A stretch of DNA of 64,000 bases from an uncultured Thermoleophilaceae bacterium (lineage in GTDB: Bacteria; Actinomycetota; Thermoleophilia; Solirubrobacterales; Thermoleophilaceae): NCBI GenBank assembly GCA_963828225.1, contig CAWHDX010000006.1, forward strand, positions 125,318-189,317, read 5' to 3'. Numbering within the stretch: the stretch's first letter is position 1; each line of letters begins with the position of its first letter. Position numbers and translations under genes: made by a program. Of this stretch, positions 9,825-19,962 are shown in pieces. Below the pieces are notes generated by a model. That model saw only the letters and a list, made by a program, of their open reading frames with translations. It was not told the DNA's origin and did not search any database.

Positions 9825-11222
9825 TCAGGATTGGGTGAGGGGGAGCCAGACTTTGAAGGTGGTGCGGCCCGGCTCCGAGTCGACCGTCAGGGTGCCGCCG
9901 TGGCGGTCGACCACGATCCGGTGGGCGGTGGCGAGGCCGAGCCCGGTGCCGTGCCCGACGTCCTTGGTGGTGAAGAACGAGTCGAAGACGCGGTCGCGGA
10001 TGTCGGCCGGTATGCCGGGGCCGTCGTCCGAGACCTTCACGCAGACGCCGCCGCTGAGCTGCGCGGTGGCGATCGTGATCGTGCCGCTCTCGCCGAGCGC
10101 GTCGATCGCGTTCTCGATCAGGTTCGTCCAGACCTGGTTGAGCTCGCCGCCGCGCACGGTCAGGCGCGGCAACTCGCGGTCGTACTCGCGCACCACCGCG
10201 ATCGAGGTGTGCTTGAGCCGGTGCCCGAGCACCGCCAGCGTGGTCTCGATGCCCTCGTGCAGGTCGACCTCGAGCAGGTCGCCGCGGTCCATGTAGGCGT
10301 AGGACTTGACCGCGCCGACCAGCTCCGACATCCGCTTGGTGGACTCCTGCAGCTCGCCGGCGAGGCCGCGCGCGGTCAGCGTGGCCGCCACCCACGCGAC
10401 CGCCGCGCCGGTGGCGGGGCCGGCCAGCCCTGCGAGCCGGTCGAGCCAGGCGCGGTCGACCCCGGCGGCGGCGAGCGGCTCGGCGAGGCGCCACGGCTCG
10501 GGCACGTCCAGCTCCTCCAGGCGCGCGGTCAGGTCGTCCTCGGCGTCGGCCACGTCCAGGGCGTCGAGGGCGGTGCGCTCGCGCGCGCCCGCGAGCGCCT
10601 CGCGCTGCAGGGCCACGAGCCCCTCCGCCTGCTCGCGCTCGATGCCCGACTCGACGAAGTGCCCGATCGTCGAGGCGATCACGTCGAGCGCCTCCTCCAT
10701 CTGGGCGGCGGCGCGGCGGGCCGCGGCGGCCGGGTTGTTGAGCTCGTGGGCGAGCCCGGCGGCCATCGTGCCGAGCGAGGCCAGCCGCTCGCGGTTCTGC
10801 TCCATGACCGTGATGCGCGACATCACGGGCGCCACCTGCTGCATCACGCGTCGGTGGACGACCGGCTGGGCGAACGCCAGCCGGCGGAAGTCCTCGGACT
10901 CGATCAGCGCGACCACGCAGTCGGTCTCGGCGTACATGCGCACCCCGAGCGCGCCCTCGGTAAGCACCGCGATCGCGCCCATCCAGGTCGGCGCCTGCTG
11001 GCGGCTGACCGGCTCGTGGCGATCTCCCTCGACCAGCTCGGCCTGCGCCTGGCCCTCCAGCAGCAGCTTGAGGCCGGGCGGCTCCACGTCCTGCTCGAAG
11101 ATGAGGTCGCCCGGTGCGAGGCGCTCGACGGTCGCCACCGCCGCCCAGTCGGCCAGCTGCCCCTCGTCGAGATCGTCGAACAGGTCGACCGTGCGCAGCT
11201 CGGCGACCGTGACCGCGGTCAT
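9825..11222 (-). CDS. sensor histidine kinase with N-terminal cyclic-nucleotide-binding-like domain
   Basis: ATG at 11222 overlaps the upstream stop (ATGA). H-box LGTMAAGLAHELNNP, N-box NLIENAIDA, G-boxes DDGPGIP and GTGLGLA. The N-terminal about 130 aa resemble a cNMP-binding fold. Confidence 0.85.
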   Translation of the reverse strand: MTAVTVAELRTVDLFDDLDEGQLADWAAVATVERLAPGDLIFEQDVEPPGLKLLLEGQAQAELVEGDRHEPVSRQQAPTWMGAIAVLTEGALGVRMYAETDCVVALIESEDFRRLAFAQPVVHRRVMQQVAPVMSRITVMEQNRERLASLGTMAAGLAHELNNPAAAARRAAAQMEEALDVIASTIGHFVESGIEREQAEGLVALQREALAGARERTALDALDVADAEDDLTARLEELDVPEPWRLAEPLAAAGVDRAWLDRLAGLAGPATGAAVAWVAATLTARGLAGELQESTKRMSELVGAVKSYAYMDRGDLLEVDLHEGIETTLAVLGHRLKHTSIAVVREYDRELPRLTVRGGELNQVWTNLIENAIDALGESGTITIATAQLSGGVCVKVSDDGPGIPADIRDRVFDSFFTTKDVGHGTGLGLATAHRIVVDRHGGTLTVDSEPGRTTFKVWLPLTQS

Positions 11223-12872
11223 GTGCCGGCCAGGTACTGGTGGATCAGGGAGACCGCCATCGAGCCCTCGCCGACGGCGCTCGCCACGCGCTTGATCGAG
11301 CGGGCGCGCACGTCGCCCGCGACGAACACGCCCGGCACGCTCGTCTCGAGCGGGTACGGGTCGCGGTTGAGCTGCCAGCCCTGCTCCTGCACGTCGGGGC
11401 CGGCGAGGATGAAGCCGCGCTCGTCGCGGGCGACGACGCCGTCGAGCCAGTCGGTGCGCGGCGAGGCGCCGATGAAGACGAAGCAGGCGTCGATCTCGAG
11501 CGCCTCCTCGCCGTCCGGGCCGCGCACCTGCAGGCGGCGCAGGCGCCCATCCTCCCCCTCGGCGGCGGTCGCGCTGCTGCCGGTCCGGACCTCCACGTTC
11601 GGCAGGGCGGCGATCTGCTCGATCAGGTAGTGCGACATCGAGCGCTCGAGCGACGGGCCGCGCACCAGCATCGTCACGCGCGCGGCGTAGCCGCTGAAGT
11701 AGACGGCGGCCTGGCCGGCGGAGTTGGCGCCGCCGATGATCGCCACGTGCTGGTCCGAGCAGGAGCGCGCCTCCGCGAGCGCGGCGCCGTAGTAGATGCC
11801 GGCCCCGGTGAAGTCGCCGAACCCGGGCGCGTCGAGCTGGCGGTACGAGACGCCGGAGGCGACCAGCACGCAGTTGGCGCTCAGCTCGCCGCCGTCGGTC
11901 AGCTCGACGAACCGGCCGGCGCCCTCGGCGCGCAGGCCGGCGGCGTCCTGGACCGTGAGCAGCTCCGCACCCAGGCGGCGCGCCTGGTCGGTGGCGCGGC
12001 GGGCCAGGTCGGAGCCGCTGAGGCCGTTGGGGAAGCCGAGGTAGTTCTCGATGCGGCTCGACTGTCCCGCCTGCCCGCCCGGGCGCCTCGCGCTCGACCA
12101 TCACGGTCCTCAGACCCTCCGAGGCCCCGTAGACCGCGGCCGCCAGCCCGGCGGGGCCGCCGCCGACGATGACGAGGTCGTAGTGGTCCTGGGCGGGCTG
12201 GCCGGCGACACCGAGCCGCTCGGCCAGCTCGAGCACCGTCGGGCGCTCCAGCACGGAGCCGTCCTCGAGCAGGGCGACCGGCAGGCGGTCCTCGGGGACG
12301 CCGACGACCTGGAGCAGCTCGCGCGCCTCGCCGTCGCGCTCGACGTCGAGCCAGCGCGCCGGGACGCGGTTGCGGGCCAGGAAGTCGCGCAGGTCGTGGG
12401 AGTCGCGCGAGAAGCGGTGGCCGACGATGCGCACGCCGCCGGCCTCGAGCGACGCGCCGGCCTCCCAGGTGGCGAGCAGGTCCTCGACGACCGGGTAGAG
12501 CTGCTCTTCGGGCGGGTCCCACGGCTTGAGCAGGTAGTAGTCGAGCGAGACGTCGTTGATCGCCGAGATCGCAGCCTCGGTGTCGGCGTACGCGGTCAGC
12601 AGCACGCGCTTGGCGTCGGGGACGACGGTGCGCGCCTGGACCAGGTAGTCGGTGCCGGACATGCCGGGCATGCGCTGGTCGGCGATCAACAGGGCGGCTT
12701 GGTCGCCACGCGTGCGCAGCTCCGTGAGCAGCTCGAGCGCCTCGGCGCCGGAGCCGGCGCGCAGGATGCGGTAGCGCTCGCCGAATCCGCGCCGCAGGTC
12801 GCGGGCGACGGCGCCGAGCACGGCCGGCTCGTCGTCGACCGCCACGATCGCGGGGCGTCGCTCGGAGGGCAT
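11219..12872 (-). pseudogene. response-regulator receiver fused to a thioredoxin-reductase-like FAD/NAD(P) oxidoreductase, frame break near 12080
   Basis: REC domain (IVAVDDEP...IADQRMPGMSG...LLKPWD), then DLVIVGGGPAGLAAAVYGASEG. Sense jumps frame at CCCGGGC to GGQAGQSSRIENYLGFPNG and joins ORF 11219..11869 (...VFVAGDVR...). Confidence 0.85.
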
Positions 12873-12898
12873 CGACCGGTAAGACTTGCAGACCGCCC

Positions 12899-13231
12899 AT
12901 GGCCTACGACCACGATCTGGCGAACCGCGTGCGCGAGCAGCTGGCCGCCGAGGACACGCTCGGCGAGATGGAGATGTTCGGCGGCGTCGCGTTCCTGCTG
13001 AACGGCAACATGGCCGTCGGCGTGACGCACGACGACCTGATGGTCCGGGTGGGCAAGGGGCGCTCGGACGAGGCGGCGGCGGAGCCGCACGCCCGGCCCT
13101 TCGAGATGAGCGGGCGCCCGATGCGGGCGTGGGTGCTGGTGGAGCCGGAGGGCGTGGCCACCGACGCGCAGCTGCGCGCCTGGGTCGAGCGCGGCGCGGC
13201 GTTCGCGAAGTCGCTTCCCCCGAAGGGCTAG
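12899..13231 (+). CDS. TfoX/Sxy N-terminal-domain family protein
   Basis: 110-aa ORF: LANRVREQL...EMFGGVAFLLNGNMAVGV..DDLMVRV. Confidence 0.7.
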   Translation: MAYDHDLANRVREQLAAEDTLGEMEMFGGVAFLLNGNMAVGVTHDDLMVRVGKGRSDEAAAEPHARPFEMSGRPMRAWVLVEPEGVATDAQLRAWVERGAAFAKSLPPKG

Positions 13232-13704
13232 GGCCCGACGAGCTTCGCCAGCGCGTCGAGCAGGGGCAGCTGCCCCTTCACGAGCTTGCGCCGGGCGTCG
13301 TCGAGGCCGAGCCACTCGGCGCGATCGATCTCGGGGAACGCCTGCCGCCGGCCCGAGCGCGGCGGCCACTCGATCTCGAAGGTGTTGCTGCGCACGGTCG
13401 ACGCGTCGAAGTCGGCCTCGATCGCCCAGGCCACGACGCGCTTGCCGCCCGACTGCCTGACCTCGCCGAGCTCGAGCGGCTCGCCCGGCGGCGCGGGGCT
13501 GCCCGTCTCCTCCTGGAACTCGCGCCGGGCCGCGGCCAGCGGGTCCTCGCCGTCGGCGTACTCGCCCTTGAAGATCGACCAGCCGCCCTCGTCGCGCTTG
13601 GCCCAGAAGGGGCCGCCCATGTGGCCGATCAGGACCTCGGTGCCGGCGTCGCCGCGACGGAACAGAAGCAGGCCGGCACTGCGAGTGGGCACCCCGGAAG
13701 TCAT
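13228..13704 (-). CDS. NUDIX hydrolase
   Basis: Nudix box GEYADGEDPLAAARREFQEETG; ATG at 13704 within ORF 13228..13779. Confidence 0.8.
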   Translation of the reverse strand: MTSGVPTRSAGLLLFRRGDAGTEVLIGHMGGPFWAKRDEGGWSIFKGEYADGEDPLAAARREFQEETGSPAPPGEPLELGEVRQSGGKRVVAWAIEADFDASTVRSNTFEIEWPPRSGRRQAFPEIDRAEWLGLDDARRKLVKGQLPLLDALAKLVGP

Positions 13705-13717
13705 ATAGCCTGAGCCG

Positions 13718-15135
13718 ATGCGCGAAGTCAGTCCTGGCTCTGGCGGCGGTGATCTGCCTCTGCGCGGCCGGCTCGGCATCGGCCGCCGCTCCGCAGCTGG
13801 AGGTCGACGGCAAGCGCCTCGTGGACGCCGGCAGCGGCAAGACCTTCGTGCCGCGCGGCGTGAACTGGCCGAGCTTCGAGTACGCCTGCTACTACGGCTA
13901 CGCGTACTCGGACGAGGGCGATCCGAAGACCACCCACCCGACTGCCGCCAGCGCGCGCAAGATCGCGAGCTGGCACATCAACACCGTGCGGGTGCCGCTC
14001 AACGAGGCGTGCTGGCTGGGGGTGGACGGCCAGCCGGCGTTCGGCGACGTGGACGGCTACCGCGCGGCGGTGCAGAACTGGGTCACGCTGCTGCATCGCG
14101 CCGGTCTCGCGGTGATCCTCGACCTGCACTGGTCGGCGCCGCCGGGTGTCGGCGCCGAGGGCCAGCGCGCGATGCCGGACTCCCGGTCGCCCGCGTTCTG
14201 GACGTCGGTGGCGACCACGTTCAAGGACGATCGCGCGGTGATCTTCGACCTCTTCAACGAGCCCTACTCGCGCTACGACGACAACGACACGCTCGTGTTC
14301 GACCTGAGCTGGGACTGCTGGCTCGAAGGCGGCTGCACGCCGCCGGCCGTCAACGACGGCGAGCCGGTCAACGGCGCCACCTACCCGGCCACCGGGATGA
14401 GGGCGCTGGTCGAGGCCGTGCGCTCGGCGGGCGCCACCCAGCCGATCATGCTCGGCGGGCGCGACTACGCGAACGACCTCGGCGAGTGGCTCCAGCACCT
14501 GCCCGAGGACGACCAGCTCGTGGCGAGCTTCCACAACTACAAGGCGCAGGCGTGCAACACGACGGCGTGCTGGAACCGGACGATCGCGCCGGTCGCCGAG
14601 CAGGTGCCGGTGGTGACCGGCGAGTTCGGCGAGACCGACTGCAGGAGCTCGCACGTGAACAGCTACATGCGCTGGGCGGACAAGCGCGGCATCGGCTACC
14701 TCGCGTGGGCGTGGTGGGTGCTGCCCAAGAAGGGCTGCAAGGAGCTGTCGGTGCTCGCCGACCGAAGCGGCACGCCGAAGGCCCCCAACGGCACGGCGCT
14801 CAAGAGCCACCTCGCGGAGCTCGCCGGGCCGCGGATCTCGCTGAGCGGATCGGCGCGGCAGTCGCTCGACGGCGCGATCGAGGTCCAGGTGCGCTGCAGC
14901 AGGGCATGCCGCGTGCGGGCGGGCGGCACGCTCGCGCATCGGCGGCCAGAGCTTCAGGCTGCGCACGGCGTGCGCTCGCTGCCGGCCCGGCGCACCCGCA
15001 CGATCGCGGTGCGAATCCCGGGCAGCGCCGCGCGAGGCCGCGGCGTCGGCGCTGAGCGCCGGGCGGCGGGTGAGCGCAAGCGTCAAGGTCAGCGCCGGGG
15101 GCGCGACCAAGGTCCGCAGGATCCGGCTGACCTAG
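13718..15135 (+). pseudogene. secreted glycoside hydrolase family 5 (cellulase-like), probable frame breaks near 13724 and 15035
   Basis: The catalytic body lies in ORF 13749..16067 (NTVRVPLNE..., FDLFNEP, VVTGEFGE). ATG 13718 plus removal of one base gives signal peptide MRKSVLALAAVICLCAAGSASA. The C-terminal sense continues in another frame to TAG 15133-15135 (...RRVSASVKVSAGGATKVRRIRLT*). Confidence 0.75.
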
Positions 15136-15962
15136 CCGTCCTTCACGCTCCCGCCGCTCGCCTCGATCAGCTCCACGGTCTTCTCGTAGCCCTCGCGCAC
15201 CCACTCGACGGGATCCCATCCGTCCGGGGCCGGCTCGAGCTCGACCGCGATCGTGCCGTCGAAGCCCGTGGCCACGAGGGCGTCCATGTACTCGCCCAGC
15301 GGCGCTGTCTTGCGCCCGGGCGGGAAGTTGCGGTAAACGATGCCGTCGCAGTCCGAGATGTGTGCGTGCGCGATCCGGCCGGCGAGCTTGTCGAGCTCAC
15401 GCGCGTCGATCTTCATCGGCCAGAGGTGCGCAAGGTCGGCGTTGGCCTTCATCGCCGGAACGCCGACGTCGTCGAGCATCCGCACCATCTCGTCGACGGA
15501 GTTGACGTAGGACCACTCGTAGGGCTCCAGCTCGAGCGCGATGTCGAGGCCCAGCGACCCCGCGTGAGTGGCGATCTCGCGCAGGTTCTCGACCGCCCAG
15601 CCCCATTGCTCCTCCGGAGGGATGACCTCCTTCTTCCAGATGTAGTCGCCGATCACCATCAGCATGTTCGAGGCACCGACGCGCGCCGCGAAGTCCACGT
15701 GCCGCAGCGCGCGCTCCGTGTGGAAGCGCCTGACCGACGGGTTGAAGTCCGTGATCCCGAGACTCACGCAGATACCCGCCGCGACGGGCAACGGCCCGGA
15801 CGTCGCGTCCTCGACTGCCGCGGCCAGCTCCTCGTCGGTGAGGTCGAGCGGGTCCGTGACGACGTCGACGCTCCCGTAGCCGATCTCCCGTGCGAGCTCG
15901 GCTCCGCGCCGGCCCTCGTACCCACTGCCCTCCCAGACAGCCTCTATCAGTCCGACACGCAT
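15132..15962 (-). CDS. sugar phosphate isomerase/epimerase (xylose-isomerase-like TIM barrel)
   Basis: 276-aa intact ORF, first gene downstream of the ABC importer genes. Confidence 0.8.
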   Translation of the reverse strand: MRVGLIEAVWEGSGYEGRRGAELAREIGYGSVDVVTDPLDLTDEELAAAVEDATSGPLPVAAGICVSLGITDFNPSVRRFHTERALRHVDFAARVGASNMLMVIGDYIWKKEVIPPEEQWGWAVENLREIATHAGSLGLDIALELEPYEWSYVNSVDEMVRMLDDVGVPAMKANADLAHLWPMKIDARELDKLAGRIAHAHISDCDGIVYRNFPPGRKTAPLGEYMDALVATGFDGTIAVELEPAPDGWDPVEWVREGYEKTVELIEASGGSVKDG

Positions 15963-15990
15963 CGGTTCTTCCTTCCTTCGCAGGTACAGG

Positions 15991-16779
15991 TCAACGGCGG
16001 TAGAGGAACTGCTCGATCCGCCCGAATCGCACGACGAGCAGCAGCACGCAGCTGGCGACGACGATGAACAGCACGGCCACGGCGGCGAGGAACGGGGACA
16101 CCGTGGTGCGGATCCCCGAGTAGACGAACACGGGGAGCGTCAGGTTGTTCAGGTTGACGAGGATCGCGCTGATCACGAACTCCGTCAGCCCGAGCACGAA
16201 CACCATCAGCCCGCCGGTGATCACGCCCGGAGCGAGCCCCGGCATCGTGACGAACAGGAACTGCTGGATCTCCTCGGCACCGAGCGTCGCGGCCGCCTTC
16301 TCGAGGTCGGTGCCGAGGTCGAGGATGCTCGAGGCGACGGCCCAGAGCATGAAGGGCAGGTTCACGATCGCGATCGCGACGGCCACGGCGGTCAGGTGCC
16401 GCAGAACGTGCAGCTCTGTCAGGACGATCAGGAACCCGACCGCCGACACGATGAACGGCGTGGCGAGCCCGATCGAGAGGTAAGCGGTGACAACGGTGCC
16501 CGCGCGTATGCGCCGGCGGTGCACGGCCAGCATCGCGGGAACGGCGACCGCCACGTCGATGACGACCGACACCAACCCCACGTAGAGGCTGTTGCGAAGC
16601 GTCTCCCAGACCGTCCCGCTGCTCAGCATGTCGCCGTACCAGCTCAGCGTGAAGCCGTCGGGTGGGAACGAGATCTGCTGCCCCGCCGAGAAGGAGGAGA
16701 CGACGATGATCAGCGTCGGCAGCGACAGGTAGAGGACCGTCGCGCCGACGATCGTCTTGAGACCGAGTCCCAGCTTCAT
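15991..16779 (-). CDS. ABC transporter permease (PotC-like)
   Basis: 262-aa intact ORF with multiple TM segments and an EAA-like loop (EKAAATLGAEEIQQF). Confidence 0.85.
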   Translation of the reverse strand: MKLGLGLKTIVGATVLYLSLPTLIIVVSSFSAGQQISFPPDGFTLSWYGDMLSSGTVWETLRNSLYVGLVSVVIDVAVAVPAMLAVHRRRIRAGTVVTAYLSIGLATPFIVSAVGFLIVLTELHVLRHLTAVAVAIAIVNLPFMLWAVASSILDLGTDLEKAAATLGAEEIQQFLFVTMPGLAPGVITGGLMVFVLGLTEFVISAILVNLNNLTLPVFVYSGIRTTVSPFLAAVAVLFIVVASCVLLLVVRFGRIEQFLYRR

Positions 16780-17729
16780 CGCGCCGGCCTCGGCTCGACG
16801 TGCTCGAGCGGATCGCCCCCGCGACTACGGCCCAGGAGCAGCAGGACGCTCACGAACACCATCACGACGACGAGCAGCGCGAGTCCGATCGCTGAGCCGA
16901 GGTAGATGTTGTCGCGTCCGAGAACGACGCTCTGGACGAGGTTCGCCACGTAGTCGCGAACACCCTGGCCCAGGAGCCCGGGATTCGCGAAGTCGGTCAT
17001 CGAGATCGTGATGCAGACCGCCGCGGCCCCCGTGATGCCGGGCCGCACGAGCGGCAGGATCACCCGCGTCCAGACCCGGATCGGCCCCGCTCCGAGGGTC
17101 GCGGCCGCCTGCTCGAGCTGCGTGTCGACGCGCTGGAACGCGGGCAGCAGGATCACCACGGACAGCGGGATCAGGATCTGCACGCTGCCGATCCCCACGG
17201 CCCACAGCGTGCCGAGCATGCCCGGATCGCCGCCGATCACCCAGGACAGCAATCCCTCGCGACCCAGTAGCACGAGCCAACCGTAGGCACGCGCGATGTC
17301 TCCGGTGAGGATCGGCAGGAAGATCGTCACGAGCAGCAGCAGCCGCACCGACCGCCGCCTCGTGCGCGTCATGACGTAGGCGAGGGGGAGTGCGATCAGG
17401 ATCGCGATCGCCGTCGCCACGAGCGTGACCAGCAGCGTGCGCACGAACACCGTCCTGATCAGCGAGTCGTCCAGGACCTCCCGGTAGTTGGCCGTGGAGA
17501 AGCCGCCCTGCCGGAACAGGAACGGATCGAAGGAGTGGAAGCTCTTCCACGCGAGCAGGACCAATCCGGCGGCCAGCAGCGAGACGACCGCCATCGCCGG
17601 CAGCACCATCAGGACCGCGGACATCCGGCCGCTGACGGGGCCGACGCGGCGCTTGACCGCGATCAAGGCGTCGATGACCCTCCAGCCGAGGGCCACATCG
17701 CGATCGCGCCCGGCGGTCGCTCCGCTCAC
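16776..17729 (-). CDS. ABC transporter permease (PotB-like)
   Basis: ORF 16776..17786. GTG at 17729 overlaps the ATPase stop (GTGA). EAA loop LEQAAATLGAGPIRVW. Confidence 0.8.
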   Translation of the reverse strand: MSGATAGRDRDVALGWRVIDALIAVKRRVGPVSGRMSAVLMVLPAMAVVSLLAAGLVLLAWKSFHSFDPFLFRQGGFSTANYREVLDDSLIRTVFVRTLLVTLVATAIAILIALPLAYVMTRTRRRSVRLLLLVTIFLPILTGDIARAYGWLVLLGREGLLSWVIGGDPGMLGTLWAVGIGSVQILIPLSVVILLPAFQRVDTQLEQAAATLGAGPIRVWTRVILPLVRPGITGAAAVCITISMTDFANPGLLGQGVRDYVANLVQSVVLGRDNIYLGSAIGLALLVVVMVFVSVLLLLGRSRGGDPLEHVEPRPAR

Positions 17730-18817
17730 GACGGCGGCGCCCCCGGCGGGAGCACCGGCGCGCCGGCGGCGTTCCAGGCGATCCATACCGGTTCGCCGAT
17801 GCCGATCGTCGCGCTGCCGCCCTGGACGAGCACCTTGACCGTCAGGCCGTCGCTCGTACTCGCCTCGTAGTAGGTGCCGGTCCCCTCGAAGGCCGCCAGC
17901 TCGACCTTCGCCTCCAGGCGGTTGTCGAACACGCCGGCGGGCGGCGGCGAGGTCGAGAGGGTCACGTTCTCGCTGCGCAGCACGAGCGTCCCGGCCCCCG
18001 GCTCCGCGTCGTCGACCACGCGGATGCGCAGCGACCCGCGTTCGAGCCAGCGCTCGCCGCCGTCGGCGACGACCTCGCCGGCGATCAGCACGGGGTCGCC
18101 GAGGAAGGCCGCGACGAAGATCGTCGCCGGGTCGCGGTAGAGCTGCTCCGGAGTGGCGACCTGGACGACGCTGCCGTCGTGCATGATCCCGATCCGGTCG
18201 CTGAGCATCAGCGCCTCGCGCTGGTCGTGCGTGACGTTCACGATCGTGACGTCGAGATCCCGGTGCAGGCGCATCAGCTCGATCTGCATGTCCTCCCGCA
18301 GCCGCCGGTCGAGCGCGCCGAGCGGTTCGTCGAGCAGCAGCAGCGGCGGCTCGTAGACGAGCGCCCGCGCAAGGGCGATGCGTTGACGCTGGCCGCCGCT
18401 GAGGTCGCCGACGTTGCGGTGCTCTACATGGGGCAGGCGGACGATCTCGAGCGCGGCACGCACGCGTTGTGCGATCTCCGCGCGTCCGACTCGGCGCATC
18501 CGGAGCGGGAAGGCGACGTTCGAGAAGACGTCCATGTGCGGGAACAGCGCCAGCGACTGGAAGACCATCCCGAGGTTGCGGTCGTACGGCGGCTCCCGCG
18601 TGACCTCTCGCCCCTCGATCATGACGCTGCCGCTGGTCGGGGCGGTCAACCCCGCCAGCACGTGCAGGAGCGTCGTCTTGCCCGAGCCCGAAGGCCCGAG
18701 GAGAGTGAGGAACTCCCCCCGGGCCACTTGGAGGTGGACGTCGGCTACGGCGTCAACGCCGCCATAGGTCTTCGTGATCCCCTTCCATTCGGCGATCTGG
18801 TCGGCGCCGACCGCCAC
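17726..18817 (-). CDS. ABC transporter ATP-binding protein (PotA-like)
   Basis: Walker A GPSGSGKTT, signature LSGGQRQR, Walker B LLLLDEP. GTG at 18817 shares one base with the binding-protein stop. Confidence 0.85.
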   Translation of the reverse strand: MAVGADQIAEWKGITKTYGGVDAVADVHLQVARGEFLTLLGPSGSGKTTLLHVLAGLTAPTSGSVMIEGREVTREPPYDRNLGMVFQSLALFPHMDVFSNVAFPLRMRRVGRAEIAQRVRAALEIVRLPHVEHRNVGDLSGGQRQRIALARALVYEPPLLLLDEPLGALDRRLREDMQIELMRLHRDLDVTIVNVTHDQREALMLSDRIGIMHDGSVVQVATPEQLYRDPATIFVAAFLGDPVLIAGEVVADGGERWLERGSLRIRVVDDAEPGAGTLVLRSENVTLSTSPPPAGVFDNRLEAKVELAAFEGTGTYYEASTSDGLTVKVLVQGGSATIGIGEPVWIAWNAAGAPVLPPGAPPS

Positions 18818-19962
18818 TACTTGACGGCTTGGTCGAACGCCGCCTGCCACGCATCCTGATTCCGCGCCATGGCGGGAATCGGGGCGACGATCGCCGACGC
18901 CTCGATCTGCTCCTCGGTCAGCGGGAACACCTTCGGCTCCTTCTCCATGTACGCGGGCACCGAGGCGTTCGGGTTGACCGGGATCACGCCCAGCGCGTCG
19001 GCGATCTTCGTCTGCTGCTCCTCGCTGAGGCACTCGTTGATGAACACCTGCGCGTAATAGGCAGAGTTCGCCGGGATCCCCTTGTGGATGTAGACGGCGT
19101 CGCCGAGCAGCAGGATGCCCTCCTTCGGAACCACGTTCGCGACCGGCGCTCCGGCCTTCTCGGCCTCGATCTTGTCGAAGACCCCGTGGATGGAGATGTC
19201 GACCTCGCCCTCGGTCAGCCCCTTGACAGCCGCCGCGTCATCGCCGAGCACCGCGATGTTCGGCTTGGCGGTCGCGATCTTGTCCCAGACCGGGTCCATG
19301 CTGGCCGCATCGTCCTCCTTGGGCTCGACGCCCAGCGCCTTGGCAACGGAGAACGCCGTGCTCGCGTATTGCTGGTCCCACTCGATCGCGTCCTTGAAGC
19401 GCGGATCGAACAGGTCGTTCCAGGACTTGATCGACTTCGGATCCACCTTGTCCGTTCGAACGATCACGGGAATCGTGAAGCTGTAGACGTTCGCGTAGTC
19501 CCAGCCGTTCTCGGCGGGCAGGTTCGGCGGCTTGGAGACACTCTCGTTCACGACGTCGAGGTTCGGGGCGACCTTCGGCGAGATCGGCACGACCAGCTTC
19601 TGCACGCCGCTCAGATAGCCCCGGGTCTGCAGCTGGAAGCTGAGGTCCACCGGCGGCCGCTGGCCGGCCCTGATGGCGTTGTTGACCTTGGTGTGGATCG
19701 CGCCCTCGTCGGACGTGTCCCACTTGATCGGGATCCCGGTCTTCTCGGTGAAAGACGCTCCACACGATTCGGCGATCCCGTCCTTGAGCGTCCCCGCCCA
19801 GATTCGGACGGTCAGGTTCGCCGGCTTCGTCGCGGGCTTCGCGACCGAGGCAGCCCCGCCCCCTCCGCCGCCGTCGTCGCCGCCTTCGTCGTCGTCGCCG
19901 CCGCAGCCGGCCACGAGGAGGGCGGTAACGCCCGCCAATGCCAAGACCTCTTTGAAGCGCAT
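18817..19962 (-). CDS. ABC transporter substrate-binding lipoprotein
   Basis: ATG at 19962 is preceded by AGGAGGAGAGAGA. Lipobox LLVAGCGG. Confidence 0.85.
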   Translation of the reverse strand: MRFKEVLALAGVTALLVAGCGGDDDEGGDDGGGGGGAASVAKPATKPANLTVRIWAGTLKDGIAESCGASFTEKTGIPIKWDTSDEGAIHTKVNNAIRAGQRPPVDLSFQLQTRGYLSGVQKLVVPISPKVAPNLDVVNESVSKPPNLPAENGWDYANVYSFTIPVIVRTDKVDPKSIKSWNDLFDPRFKDAIEWDQQYASTAFSVAKALGVEPKEDDAASMDPVWDKIATAKPNIAVLGDDAAAVKGLTEGEVDISIHGVFDKIEAEKAGAPVANVVPKEGILLLGDAVYIHKGIPANSAYYAQVFINECLSEEQQTKIADALGVIPVNPNASVPAYMEKEPKVFPLTEEQIEASAIVAPIPAMARNQDAWQAAFDQAVK

